A stretch of DNA of 54,384 nucleotides, the filler included, from Jimgerdemannia flammicorona (Eukaryota): the NCBI GenBank assembly GCA_003990765.1. It is 2 parts of 2 records of this genome, joined end to end, with 100 filler letters (N's around TTAATTAATTAA, not from the genome) between each part and the next. Parts side by side here need not be neighbours in the genome. Positions count along the whole stretch, not along the records: positions 1 to 27,147 come from RBNJ01000658.1; 1 more part is not named here. One strand, written 5' to 3'. Positions 1-13,272 of this stretch are shown here, in pieces. The translations under genes were made by a program, and so were the position numbers. Position 1 is the first letter of the stretch, and each line of letters opens with the position of its first letter. The notes under the pieces are model-generated. The model saw only the letters and a list, made by a program, of their open reading frames with translations, did not search any database and was not told where the DNA came from.

Positions 1-833
1 TTTCTACAAATAAAGCTTATAATATATACTATAATAGCCAACAATATATGGGAGATATTATATAATTAGTATTTAAAAGTATTCTAATTATATTAATAAT
101 CTGATAAATCTGGTGAATTCTCTAAGTATACTAATAGAGTATATCAGTGATAAAGACAAGATTCTGATACTTATAAAAGATCTCTCCAAGATATATAATA
201 TTATAGTAATAGTTATATATAAGAGTGAAAAAGTCATAAACAATATTTATATAATAATAAGTCTTATTAATGAAGAGATATAATAAGAAAATAATAGTAA
301 CAATAATAATGAGAAATTATTTTACAAATTATATAGATAAGATAAAAAATACTAATAAGATCAAAAATGTGAAAGGTTCAACAGAAACTACCATTACTAT
401 GATAAGTATAGATATATACAAAATGACTGCTATTATATGAATAAGGAAGATAATAAAAATAAGTATAAAATTTAATATTGATAATATAGGAGCAGTAGAA
501 AGAAATGTGATAGTAAAGAATAATATAATATAAATACTACTAAAACTAATGAAACCCAGAGTGGAGATATATTTTATAAATAAGTAATATATACTGAGTA
601 TTTAGAAAAAATATCATCTATATATATCTATATCAAAGTCATGTTCTTTTAAGCTAGTAAAAAGTAATAATATAAATAAAGTATATATACTAATATAGCT
701 AATGATAATAATATATAGCTTATAGATTTAGATATCATAATATATGATAGTTTATTAAGAATAGTTCTCTACATATGAGTTCTTTAAGTATCCAGTACCA
801 ATTAAATTATATAATAATAATATTATATATACT
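1..833 (+). mobile_element. Highly degenerate Ty1/Copia gag-protease remnant (left part of Copia host 1)
   Basis: Very TpA-rich. ~760-833 translates E*FSTYEFFKYPVPIKLYNNNIIY, like the region after the Copia protease motif. The frame continues at 11206 once the MITE and Gypsy A are removed. The gag part is not clearly readable. Confidence 0.6.
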
Positions 834-1153
834 TAGAGATCACAGATGGCTGGCCATATGGCCAATGGCTGGCCAGAATGACTCAGTCTTAAATTTATAG
901 CCAACTGGTCTTAAATTTAGTCTGGCCAGCTAGCCAATCCATAAATTTAAGGCTGAACCACCCTGTCTCAGCCTTAAATTTACAGCTAACTGATTAAGTG
1001 ACATTTATAGACCTTTTATTTAATTTGAAAAATTTGGAAATCAAAATAGCCAAATAAGACCTAGCCACTTGATCAACTAGCCAATTTATAAATTTTAAGA
1101 CTAAGCCACTCTGGCCAGTCATTGGCCATAAGGCTAGCTATCTGGAATCTCTA
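834..1153. mobile_element. hAT-like MITE, ~320 bp, ~65-bp imperfect TIRs, 8-bp TSD
   Basis: Left end TAGAGATCACAGATGGCTGGCCATATGGCCAATGGCTGGCCAG matches the reverse complement of the right end, TAGAGATTCCAGATAGCTAGCCTTATGGCCAATGACTGGCCAG. Flanks are TATATACT (826-833) and TATATGCT (1154 + 11206-11212 after excising Gypsy A). Subterminal CTTAAATTTA is repeated. Confidence 0.8.
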
Positions 1154-1154
1154 T

Positions 1155-2432
1155 TGTAATGTGCCTGGTACAATGAAGGCAAATTACAAGGTTGGGGGAT
1201 TGATGTAGTATGGCTTAAGCCCTCAGTTACTTTATCAAAAGTAATAAAATATTCTAAGATTCCTGAGGTTCTTAGTATTTAGTGGTATAATAGTTAATCT
1301 GGATATAATAGTTAGTTTCATCAGGTTTCCTTATTGGGATAGTTCTTTGGGTATAGTGGTGATTTGTATGTCTTTTCTTCTTAGGTCAACTGAGAATTAG
1401 TAGAATTTCATATATAGTGCAATAATTTCCAAAAGTATGTAATTTTTATATAATGATCTCTATATAGTATAGCAGATACCTTATGTGATTTCTGAGTAAC
1501 AGTCTTGTATAGCAGGACAAGTTCCTTATATGGAGTAGTCTGGTAATTTGGTGGATTCCTTATGTAGTTTAGTGGACAACTTGGTTTGAGTACAGATTCT
1601 CCTGAAATAGCTCACTGAGAATTATACTAGTGGCAGACTCTTCCTAAGTCAGTGGTCTACTGGGAATAATACTAGTAGTGAATTCTTCTATATTAGGCTT
1701 ACTGGAAACAAATGAATAACTTAGATAATGCAGAAGGCAGATAATCTAATAACTCAGATAACTTGGATAACTCAGATATCACAGATAACTCAAATAACTC
1801 AGATTCTTGGCAAGTTATATCAAAGACTGGCTTCATTTGTATAAATAGATCACTGTGAAGTTACATCAAGAGACTGGTTTGTGGTAAGGTTCCTTAAGGG
1901 TTCTCTAGAAATGCAGATTTCTCTTCAAAAGATGGCAAAGTTCTTCCTTAAACTTTGGTGACAAATCTTCAGGCTTAGTCTGATAAGTGTACCAATCAAT
2001 CTTTATATCAGAAAGTGGACTGGAGTGGAAAGAGGACCAATGTCAATCTTTAGAGGCTTCTTTAGTATTTGTATTTCAGACTGAGGTTTATTCACTCTTA
2101 TCTCTAGGGTATTTTATATATTATGGTTGCTATCTGGTTGCTATGTAGCTAACTATAGATTTGTTACTTATGGTAAGTGTACTGGTTTAGCATAGATGTG
2201 CAAGTCTATCATAGGTGTGCAACTCTAGCACATATGTACAACTCTAGCACAGGTGTACAACTCTTGTATAGATGTATCTTATCTGGTAGTCTGGTTATTT
2301 ATACAGTTTTCTGTAGCAATGATTGCTGTGTCTAGTTATAATGCTATATATTCATATCATCTGGCTAAGTTACTAATTGTTCATATCATCTGGCTAAGGT
2401 ATAATTCAGGTAGTATGTTTTGGTTTATCACA
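1155..2432 (-). repeat. 3' LTR of Gypsy A
   Basis: TGTAAT...ATCACA on +. Direct repeat of 9975-11201. Adjacent PPT reads AGTGGGGGCTGA on - at 2433-2444. Confidence 0.93.
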
Positions 2433-2472
2433 TCAGCCCCCACTAAAGGATGGTCTATCCTTAGACTGTCCT

Positions 2473-2992
2473 TTAGTCATCATCTCAGTATGGGTAGGCA
2501 TCTTCTTCATCAATATCTGTTCTACATATCATCTTTATCATCTATATCATAGTTGCTCCATTCCAAGAGTTCTTCTTCTTCTTCTAGGAATAGGATTTCA
2601 ACAGCATTGATAGTGCTCAGATAGGTGGCCAGGTTCATTTTTTGTACATCATACCAGGGAACTTATGCTTGTAACAAGGCTTCAGGATTTCATTTATAAA
2701 GGGTATAGAGCCTGTCTGTAGCTATGATATCTCTTCTTAATAGTCCTGTAGTGTTTCTGATATATATTTGTTCTGGGGCTTAGAGGTTTTGCAATTGTTC
2801 TCCAATTATATAGTGGGCCTGAAGTTGATGGATCTATAATAATTATCTGACCAGAACAAGATTCTCTTAATGAATCTGAATTTTCTGGAGAATATTCCCA
2901 TTGACTTCTCAGAATTGGGATAGGGGAACTGGTAGTGATTGAAATGAGCTGAGGATAAGAGTCTGAAGGCAGTTGTCAACTCTCTGATTCAT
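2473..2992 (-). pseudogene. Gypsy A ORF4 (accessory ORF between integrase and PPT), degenerate
   Basis: MNQRVDNCLQTLILSSFQ...IGEQLQN...VEILFLEEEE... Homologous to the same region in B and D. Confidence 0.7.
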
Positions 2993-5869
2993 GATATAGA
3001 GAAAGGTATATCTTGAGGTAATTGATGTGTACTGGTGTCTTCAGGATTCATCCATCCATGCTTCTTAAATAGATGAGATCCAATGGTAAATTTGGAATAC
3101 CCCTGCTGCCTCCACCAAACAAAAGCCATTTGAAATAATGTTTGCCAAAAGGACCAGAACTGCCGATCATGAGAACCTCAGAGATCTCCTCAAGAAGACA
3201 GAACAGTTATGTAATCAGGCCCAAGTTCAGATTACCAAAGCTCAAGAAAGACAAAAGAAGTACTATAACCAGAAACAAAAAGACAAGAAGATCAAGATTG
3301 GAGATCAAGTACTAGTTTGGAGAAGCATAATTGAAACAAACTTTGCCACCAAATTGGAGCCCAAATGGGAAGGGCCTTATCTTGTATATAACATCAGAAA
3401 AACCAGCAGATAAGCAGAGGTCCCAGTTGGTAGGATTGACTCAGACAAGTTCTTTCTTGATGGTCTGGTTCATTCTTTCTATCATACCATTGGTCTGGAA
3501 GTGATATGATGTGGTTCATTTGAGGCAGATCTTGTGAATTCAGGCATAACTTGTGATTATATTATTGATAAATTCTGTGCCTCAGTTAGAGATGAGTTCT
3601 TCTGAGGGTCTATATCTGAGTGTGAGTCTATGGAAAAGGCCTACAGGTTAAGGCATCTGTGATTTCCATTGGGAAATCCTTGGGCCACTTTGTCAGATAT
3701 TCTACAAATATAAGAATATATTTATTTCTTCTTAGTGTAACTGGTAGAGGTCCAATTACATCTACTCCCCATCTCTGAAAGATGTTGTCTAGTAGTGTGA
3801 TTGGTTGCAGTAGTGCTTGATAGTTCTTTCTTCCTTAGTACATCTGGAAAGTGTCACATTTCTTAAGTATGTCCCAGACTTGTATTCTGAGATTGAGTCA
3901 ATATTGATATATTGTTCACAACTTTTATTCTATGTTTGCTTATCCTTGGTGAACTTTCTGATGTTCTTTTTGAATGAGATCTTCTTGTGCCTTGATGGTC
4001 TGAGGAGCTTCCTTTAGGGTGTAGTTCCTTGGAACACCCTTCTTCTGGTTCATTAAGGCTGGTGGGAAAGTACATTAACATTGTTGTGAGCTTTCCCTGC
4101 TTTGTGAATGATGGTGATTTTGTAATCCTGAAGGATAAGGATCCAGTGGGCTAGAATTCTGATGAGTTTCTTGTGGTTGAATAGCTATTTGAGGGCTGTA
4201 TGGTCTGTGATCAGGGTGAACCTTTTTCTGATGAGGTAATGCTTGAACAGAGTGACTGCCTATATGACTGCAAGGTATTCCAGTTTGGTACTGCCATAGT
4301 TCATCTGCTGCTGATTGGTAGCTCAGCTTGCATAAGCTATCACATAGTTATTGGTCAGGTCCTTCTTGGGCTAGAACAGCTCCTAGGCCATCTTTGGAAG
4401 CATCTGTGTACAAGATGAATGACTTCTGTAGATTGGGGCACACAAGGATTGATGCTGTGGTCATGCAGTTCTTGAGTTCTTTGAAGGCTTTCTCTTATGA
4501 TTCTGTCTATTTGTAAGATACTCCTTTCTTGAGAAAGATTCGGATTGGGGCAGCAATTTGGGCAAAGTCCTTGATAAACCTTCTGTAGTATGATACTAGT
4601 ATCAGGAATAATAATGTTTCCTTTGGGGTCTTGGATCTGGCCAATTGTTGATCTTCTTGGTTTTCTTTGTATCTGTATGAGTTTCTTCTTTCAAAACTAT
4701 AAATCCAAGGAATTTAAGTTTCTGTTTTCCAAAGTAGCATTTCTTTGCATTTAGTCTCAGATGGTTCTTGCAGGTGAGCTTAAAGAATTCCTCTAGGTAG
4801 TGCAGGTGTTCTTTGAAATTTGCTGAATAGATATTGGAATCATCTATGTATACAATCAGGCAGTAGTGGATCAAGAGGGCATAGACTGAATTCATTATCC
4901 TCTGAAAGGTGTGGGGTGTATTGCAGAGTCCAAAGGGTATTCAGAGGTATTCAAACAGTTTTCCTAGAGTAAGAAAGGCTGTCTTTTGAATGTCTTTGGG
5001 GTTCATGGAGATCTCATGAAATCCTATGAAAAGGTCTATACTGCTGAAGTATCTGGTATCTTGTAACTGATCCAAAAGGTCATTGATTCTGGACAAAGGA
5101 TAGGTATCCTTTTCAGTAACTGAGTTGAGTTTCCTGTAATCTACACAGAGTCTCCATCCTCCTTTCTTTGGTACAATAAGTATAGGGCCGACCCAGGGGC
5201 TGGTAGAGGGTCGGATAACTCCATTGTCTAAAAGTTCTTAAATGTGCTCTTTTTTGAATTTTTTTAGGTAATGGGGTATTCTATAGGGTTTCTGCCAGAT
5301 GGGTGTTGCATTTCCTGTATTTATGCTATAGTGATATGATGGATTGTATAGTAGGTTGCTATAATCAGTAGTGAAGATATCTTGATATTTTTTAAGGAGT
5401 TCTACTAGTTGTTGCTGTTGCTGGGGAGTCCATTCTTCTCCAATATTGGTAGAAGGCTTCACATCTTCTGGGTTACAGAGAGGTCTTTCCTTTCTTCTGG
5501 GACTTTTTTCATTTCCTGATAAGTTTAGTTTATAAACTTCTCTATAAGTTCAGTTGAGAAAAGGCACCAGATATCCTATAATGGTTCTTTTTGGCAAGAT
5601 GATGGTCTCACAACTTTGGTTGGTTGCTCGGGAGTGTACCAGGTTCATCTTGTCAGGGAATATATATCCTTCTATATTCAGGTGTGAGATATCTTCATTG
5701 GGTTCAAAGAAAAGGTTTTTGGAGTCGGGTGGTGCAAAGATTTTGAAGGCAGTTTGTTCTCCAGGCTCCAGGATGAGGTTCTTGTGCAATTTGACTGGTT
5801 GGTGGCACACTTGCTGGGGGACATTCCTCTTGAGGTGGTTAACTTGAAGGAGGTGTACTTCCTACTTAT

Positions 5870-6270
5870 CTGAACTTCTAAATCTATTGGCTTGTCTTAT
5901 TCCTTCAGTCAATTCAAGGACTTCTTGTAAATGTGGGGTCTTGACCTTCATGAAGACTGCTTGGGCAATCTTCTGTCCTCTAATGATTCAGTGCTATTCT
6001 GTACTACTATTGTATAGGATGACCTTGATTTCACCTATATATTCTGGGTCAATAGTTCTACCTTCTATAGATATTTCTTATCTGGCAAGTTCAGACCTTA
6101 AGATTAATTGTATATAAGTTCCTTGAGGTGGATGCATGGTTAGTTTAGTTCTGAACATGAATGTTTTTTCAGGCTTGATGGATTCATCCTCCAGACTGTA
6201 AAGATTATATCCTATATCTTCTGGGTAGGCTTTGGTCATGGATTTGGCCTTGAGATGTAGCAGGGCATAC
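5870..6270 (-). pseudogene. dUTPase domain of Gypsy A
   Basis: EDIGYNL, RSELA, TIDPEYIGEIKV and KIAQAVF motifs on the - strand, colinear with B and D. Confidence 0.85.
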
Positions 6271-9200
6271 TGGGCAATATCCTTGCTAAGTTCAGGCTGT
6301 CCTTAGGATGAAGCTCTACTAGCAGAGAGTCTCCAGGCTCTGAGGTTGAGATGTGGCCATTTGGCTCTGGTAGAAGGGTCTCAGAGATAGTTGATCCCTC
6401 TTCTTCCTGTAGGGTCTAAGGCTTCCATAAAGTTGGTGGCATCTTCTATCTATCCTTGGCAGGTTGCATGTCTGATGAGGGCCAGGATGTCTTCTTCTAA
6501 ATCATAGATCTTGAGGATCCTTCTTCCTGGCTTCTTCATCTGGCTTTTTCAAATCTGGCTTCTGTTATCTCCTCTCTTCAAGGTGTGAATTACAACATCA
6601 TAACTGAGGTAAATCTTCTGATGTCTACAGTCTCAGCAGTCTGGGTGTCTTCCATAGTTACAATATTCTATTGCTCAGAAATGATATTCTCAGTTGTTGA
6701 TTTCTTGTTGTCTTGGGAATCAATATCTATCTTGGTCATAAGTTGGAGGAAGAGTAGACAAGGAGTAGACTTCTGTTTGGGTAAAGAGACCTTATTCTCT
6801 GAATCTACTTTGCAACTTAGTAGTAATCTCTTGTAAGATAGTTGACTGTGTAACTATATTCAGGAGTTCTAGTCTCTGGGGTCTCTGTCTCTTCTATTGG
6901 TCTAGTAGATAGCACTGATAGTAGTAATCTTAGAGAGAGTGGAAGACCATTTGATGTGGACATCTTCCTAGCTGAAAAGCCCTTTCTTGGTAAGTTTCTT
7001 TCTTGGGAATAATGAGAATTGTACTGGGTCCTTCTTCCATATTCTAAGGGTCATTATCTTCAGATAGTACTCAGCAAGAGTTATCTCAGAGAATGAGTTC
7101 AGAGACCTCTTCTTCTTTGGGTGCTTCTTGCTCAGGAACTTCTTGCTTCTTCCTCAGATGATTCTTGACCCCAAATTGCTTATACTTCTGCAGCTTCAGC
7201 TGCAGGTGTTTCTGGAATATATCTGTATTTCTTCATCTTTCTTCTGCACTCAGGGCAGGGTGTACCAGGCGAATTCCTTGTCCCAATGATCTTGGAGGAG
7301 TGCTTAGTACACTTGTTTCTTTTGAGGCAGGTGGAGTATCCTATGATTTCTCCTGCAATGGCTCCAATGGTAATGGAGACAGTGTTCTTGATACATACAT
7401 TCTCTTCTGGTCTATCATCCACTATATTGATTCTGGTATTGAGTCTGGGATCATTTCCATCTTCAGATTCTTCTTCTTCCTCTGTAGTAGACTCTTCACT
7501 GCTGGCATATTCTTCCTGGATAGTGACCTTCTTCTTCTTCTTTGATTGCTCATAGCTGGTCACCTTAACTCTATACTTCTTGCCTCAGTAGTCAAACTTG
7601 AGTACTTGTTGACTGATATCAACAACTGTATTCATTTCCTTCATCTAGTTAGTGCTAAGGATCATATCATAGATAACAGCTTTGGTAACAATAGCTTTTG
7701 GGATAGAGAACTGAATGTGTCTAAGAGAAATAATAATATTTCATACTTCTCCAAGGGGTTGTGTTTGGGCTCCATCTGCTACTATGATGCTGGGGTTGGA
7801 TGGTCCATCAATGGGCCATTGGAGGGTATTCAGAAACTATTTGGTAATGAAACAGATTGCTGCTCCTGTGTCTATAAGGATTTTCACTTTTTGTCCTCCA
7901 ATATCTCTGTATAGATAAGTGCTGATATGTCTTTCTGTAGCTTGAATAGAAATAGAAGCTGGCTCTTGCTGTGGAATTGGAACTTGGCCAGTGCTAGATC
8001 TGGTAGTTCTTAGTAATTTGTTTTGAACTCTGGCTAGTATCAATTGCAGGAACTGCAGAAGAGGGACCTCTATCTTAATTTTTTAAATCTTCTATCAGGC
8101 TTTATTGTAGATGTCTCTAGATATGATCTTTGGGATATACTTCTTCTTAGGCTTTGGGGCAGTAGGTTCTGTTCTTCTTATTCCATTTCTTCATCCTCTG
8201 GTGACAGCTCATTTTTTTTAGAGACAAATGGTGAGGGGGTCTGGGGAGGTATTTCTACTTACACTTCTTCATGCTCTTCATCTTCTTTTTGGATAATTCC
8301 TCTGCTGATATTCCTGGATGGTCTTCCTACAGGACTCTTCCTTTTCTCTACTGGGTAGACTGTTTTTCATATAGTAACCTTGGTAGGATATAAGTCCAGA
8401 TTACTATAGTCTTTACTATTACTTACTTCCTCAAAATCTTCAATAGGATAGACTTCAGTCTTTTTGTACTGAGCATCATTCCTTTGGTTTGATGGTTCTG
8501 AGTCCCTTCAGTCACTTCTTTTATTGTTATATTCAGTGGCATAGTATCCAAATTGTCCACAGTAAAAGCATTGGACTTGGGCTCTGTCTTGGACAGAGTA
8601 TCTCCTTTCTTCTTGCTGATAGTTCCTATTATCTCTTGGTGGATAACCTTGGTTTCTTTGTGATGGGTATCCTCTGTTTTCTTGATAACTCTGATTTTTA
8701 TATATGGTGAGTTTTTCAATCTGTCCTATCAATCAGTCCAACTTGGAGCTGAGATCTTGAATTTTACTCCTATCCTTCTTTTCTTCTTTGACTGGCCTTC
8801 TTTCTTCAGATCTCTCTTGTCCTTGAAGGAGTCCTTATAGAGCTTTAACCAGGGTGTCTTCTTTATCTTTATTCTTATCATGATTACTCCAGGTAGTCTC
8901 TTGTCTGATATCAAAGAATCCTTGGGCTACATCAACTTGCTCTTCAGACCTTCTGATGCCTAGGGTGTGGACATATTGGACAATGTTTGGAGGAATCCCT
9001 TTCATGAAGGTCATTGGACCTATGATGTCCTGGTTGGTGGCATTGAACCCAGCAGCATGCATTCTCTTCTGGATTCTTGTAAACAAGGCTCTGGGTGATC
9101 ATTTTCATCTCTATAATAGATTCTTGAACCTTGTAGTGGGTTTCATTTCCTGCATATTTTTCAATGAGCCCGTGGACCATGGCTACATATTCTAGCTCAT

Positions 9201-9955
9201 AAGATGCTGTTTCTTGTATTTGTCTTACCAGTTCTGAATGTGGGTCATTTGCTATTTAGTGGAAAATTCCTCTAGCTGGTTCTCTGAGCTGGGCCTTGTA
9301 GATGGTGATTTTTCTTTCATCTGAGAGATTCCTCAGGGCTGTGATTCCTTCAATTCCATCATGAAATTCTCTGGGGTCTTCCTCTGGATATCCTGCAAAA
9401 GTTAGTAGTAAGATAGCTATTTTATCATCACTTTCTTCTGATTCTGGTTCTAGTCCAGATTCTGATTTAGATTTGATTCTGATTCACTTTCTGAACTGTC
9501 ACTGGAGATGGGAGTGCTTGGGTATCTTGAGAATAGTGTTCTGGACCTTGGACAAAGTGGAATGAGCCTAGGTATTCTTGTAGGAGCTACTTCCAATTCT
9601 GCAAGAGTTGGTAGTAAAGGTTCTATGGGTGAGATTGATGGGACTAGTATGGGGTGTCTAGCTCTAAGATCTCAGGCTTGTGTAATGAGATCTTCTAGTT
9701 CTTGTGAAAGTTCTTCAAGTTGTCCAGCAGAGCCACCTGTATTGTCTGGTTGATCTGCTTAGGGATCTCTGGCTGTATTGGCTTCTGGTTGGGATCCTTC
9801 TGATGCTGGATAGTTGACAAGTCTTGAGGTGATTACTTCTCTTCCTGTCCAGATATTAGTTCTCCTATAGTAGCAGAGATTGGTATTGTATCAAATGTAT
9901 CCAGTTTGACTGTGGGTTCTTGTGAGCTGAAAAGTCACATCAATTTTAAAAATCC

Positions 9956-9974
9956 TCCCAGTTGAGCCCCCAAA
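9956..9974 (-). promoter_or_regulatory. Primer binding site, tRNA-Pro-like (Gypsy A)
   Basis: TTTGGGGGCTCAACTGGGA directly follows the 5' LTR. It resembles the tRNA-Pro PBS TGGGGGCTCGTCCGGGAT with CpG-type changes. The same motif occurs in B and E. Confidence 0.75.
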
Positions 9975-11201
9975 TATAATATACCTGATTCAATGGAGGC
10001 AAATTACAAGGTTGGGGGATTGATGTAGTTTGGCTTGAGCCGCCAGTTACTTTGTCAAGAGCAACAAAATGTTCTATGATTCCTGAGGTCCTTAGTGTTT
10101 AGCAGTATAATAGTCAATATGGATACAATGGTTGGTTTCATCAGGTTTCCTTATTGGGATGGTTCTCCAGGTGTAGCAGTGATTTGTATGTCTTTTCTTC
10201 TTGGGTCAACTGGGAATTGGTAGAATTTCATGTGTAGCACAACAATCTCCAAAAGTATGCGATTTCTGCATGACAATCTCTGTGAGCACAACAATCTCTG
10301 TGTAGCGTGGCAGGTTCCTTATGTGATTTCTGGGTGACGGTCTTGTGTAGCAGGATGAGTTCCTTATGCAGAGCAGTCTGGTAATTTGGCAGATTCCTTA
10401 TGCAGTTCGGCGGACAACTTGGTTTGGGTGTGGATTCTCCTGAAATGGCTTACTGGGAATTATGCTGGTGGCGGACTCTTCCTAATTTGGTGGCTTACTA
10501 GGAATATACTGGTGGTGGATTCTTCTGTATTGGGCTCACTGGGAATAAATGAATAACTCAAATAACTCAGATTCTTGACAAGTTACATCAAAGACTGGCT
10601 TTGTTTGCACAAACAGATCACTGCAAAGTTACATCAAGAGACTGGCTTGTGGCAAGGTTTCTTAAGAGTTCTTAGGGAATGTGTATTTCTCTTCAAAAGG
10701 CAGTAAAGTTCTTCCTTGAACTTTGGCAGCAAATCTTCAGCCTTAGTCTGACAAGCATACCATTCAATCTTTGTATTGGAAAGTAGACTGGGGTGGAAAG
10801 GAGACCAATGCTCAATCTTTAGAGACTTCTTTGGTGTTTGTATTTCAGACTGAGGTTTATTCACTCTTGTCTCTGGGGTATTTAATACATTGTGGTTGCT
10901 ATATGGTTTCTATGTAGCTAACTATAGATTTGCTACTTATGGTAAGTGTACTGGTTTGATATGGGTATACAAGTCTAGCACAGGTGTACAACTTTAGCAC
11001 AGGTGTGCAACTCTTACACAGGTGTGCAACTCTTATACAGATGTACCATATCTGGTAGTCTGGCTATTTATACAGTTTTCTACAGTAATAGTTACTGTAT
11101 CTGGTTACTATGCTATATATTCATATCATCTGGCTAAGTTACTAATTGTTCACATCATCTGACTAAGGTATAATTCAGTAAGTATATTTTGGTTTATCAT
11201 A
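9975..11201 (-). repeat. 5' LTR of Gypsy A
   Basis: Termini mutated to TATAAT...ATCATA. Aligns with 1155-2432. Followed by TSD CTAT. Confidence 0.93.
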
Positions 11202-11205
11202 CTAT

Positions 11206-13272
11206 ATATGCTTAAGAGAGAGAAACTGTTGATATATATCTCTATAGAAATATTATCAAGCCCACTGATAATTTCCAGAATATACTATATACTCTAAAGA
11301 TAGGAAAAAATCTCTTTTCAATTAGTAAAATGATGGCTTATAGTAATAAATAAATATATATACACTTAATGAAAATAATAGTATATAGTTTAAAATATGA
11401 TAAAGAGATTATGATGGTATCAAAATAAGGCAATCTTTATATAATTAATAATATGCTGAGTAGTATAAGAATCTATATATATATAATAACTATATCTAAT
11501 GTATCTAATATATAGTATCAATACTTAGAACATATACTTAGAAAGAATAATTTTAAATAGATCTATATATAGATTATTAGCAATATATTCTGATAATAAT
11601 ATTTACAAAGATTGTATAATAAATATAGTATTCTGGTATCTATTTAAGGAATGGATGAAATATATATTCATTATACTTGATTTAATCAATATAGATATAT
11701 GTAATCTGATACATACTACTTTCTATAGAGAGAAGAGATATTTCATTATATTTATTAATAATAATATATATATATATATATTTGTTTTACAGACTCAAAG
11801 TCCCACAGATTTTTATTGAAAGAGAAACTAGACTATATAGGCCAAAATCCTCTTCCACCACTCTTCCAGTACTGTCTCCCTATTAATCTAGGCTAGCTAT
11901 TATCCAGCAGCTTGACCATGCCAGGCACAGTAGGGCCTATAATAGCCCATATCTCATTCTGCACACCATGCTCTCCCTACTACCAGGGGGAACTCAGCCA
12001 TATGCTAACAACTGAAAGTGTATACCTGAAATCTCAATATATGTATAAGGCCATGTTCAAGCCAAATAGAATAGCCCCTGCCACCACAAGGAGAATGACA
12101 GATAAAGAAAAACCCTTATCAAAGTATGTCACAGTAGATAGGGCCTGATTCTCCTAGATGAGATGAGTAAAGAACTTATATATAAGGTGGAAGAAGACTT
12201 CCAATATCTCACTACTCAATCCTATGGGTCTTAATCATGTTATCATATCAGCTCTCAGTTCCAGTTAAGTGTAGCCAAGATGTCTGAAATAGGTATCCTC
12301 AGGCCTCTCAACTCTCTCCAATAACTGGGGCCCAATCCCACATATTGCCAAAAGAAGCTATAAGTGATATCTACTACTTAACTACTCTGCACCAATCAAA
12401 AGGCCCCACTGAAGCAGTACCCACCCCAGCCTCAATGACCACCCCTAGCCTGGCACCCTACTGATTCACCATAATCACCCTTCCTCCTATCTGTAATAGT
12501 CATCTCCTCTCCCATTCTAACAATACCTGAAAAACAGTTACCTATATCAGAACTATGCTCACCAAGAAGCTCACCAAAGCCAGAGAGTCTGATCACAGAA
12601 ACTGAGGATCTACAGATAACCTATACTGGGCACTTGATGCCCAAGATCAGCTAACTTCCTATATAACCTATGATATATCAAGACAATATCTTGTTGGTAA
12701 TAACAAAAGGAAGAAGGCACCTCACCAAAATGAGTACACCCCAGATGTAGCTGAAGATATCAGAAACTGCAAAAAGTGGAGAAGATACTGATCAGATACT
12801 GATAAAGGGCAACTCATCACCATTGTCTCTCTCTCACTATTCTGCAATAGGTACAGCAAACCAACCTGAGGTAGAGGGGATATTAATTATGGAAAATGGA
12901 CTTGGAAGATTGCCTATCAAATCATTGTGACTAGTAAGATAGTGGAAAATGGGGTGTCAATAATAATATATATAAGATATATATATATTTCTTATTAGCA
13001 AAGATTGAAGCTTTGGAGAAATTCAAAAAGTTCAAAGCAATTATAGAGAATAAAACAGAATATCAAATATATGCTATATATTCAGATAATAGATATGAAT
13101 ACATCAATGGTGCATCCAAGCAGCACCTGAGGAAGCACAGTATATGTCATCAGACAACAGTACTATATATGTTACATAGCTGAGCAATTTAACCATATGG
13201 CTGTGGAAATGGTGTATACAATGATTAATGTGACCAGACTATCATTTTCTTATTGGGCCAAGGCCATCAAAC
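11206..13272 (+). mobile_element. Degenerate Copia pol remnant (post-protease, GAG-pre-integrase, integrase core), interrupted at 11773-12958
   Basis: Translates NILYTLKIGKNLFSISKM, NI*YQYLEHI (WHxRLGH), LDLINIDIC...KRYFIIFIN, EALEKFKKFKAIIENKT...SDNRYEY and AEQFN...SYWAKAI. Confidence 0.85.
11773..12958 (-). mobile_element. Insertion in the Copia integrase, probably a 5'-truncated non-LTR retrotransposon fragment
   Basis: Higher-GC block that splits the Copia IN frame. Candidate TSD AATAATAATATATATA at 11757-11772 and 12959-12974 is low complexity. AATAAA on - near 11812 and an FRHLGY (RT motif 7-like) near 12275-12295. Confidence 0.45.

Larger units (their letters stand above)
1155..11201 (-). 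mobile_element. Full-length degenerate Ty3/Gypsy LTR retrotransposon, copy A (dUTPase-bearing family)
   Basis: Paired LTRs 1155-2432 and 9975-11201. TSD CTAT at 1151-1154 and 11202-11205. PBS and PPT present. Gag CCHC (CFYCGQFGYYATEY), PR (ILIDTGA), dUTPase, RT (YIDD), RNaseH and IN remnants with many stops. Confidence 0.95.

Noticed and set aside
5554..9753. Many antisense ORFs over Gypsy coding regions (also in B, D, E and the LINEs)
   Set aside because: Shadow ORFs on the opposite strand of TE genes. They recur only because the copies are homologous.
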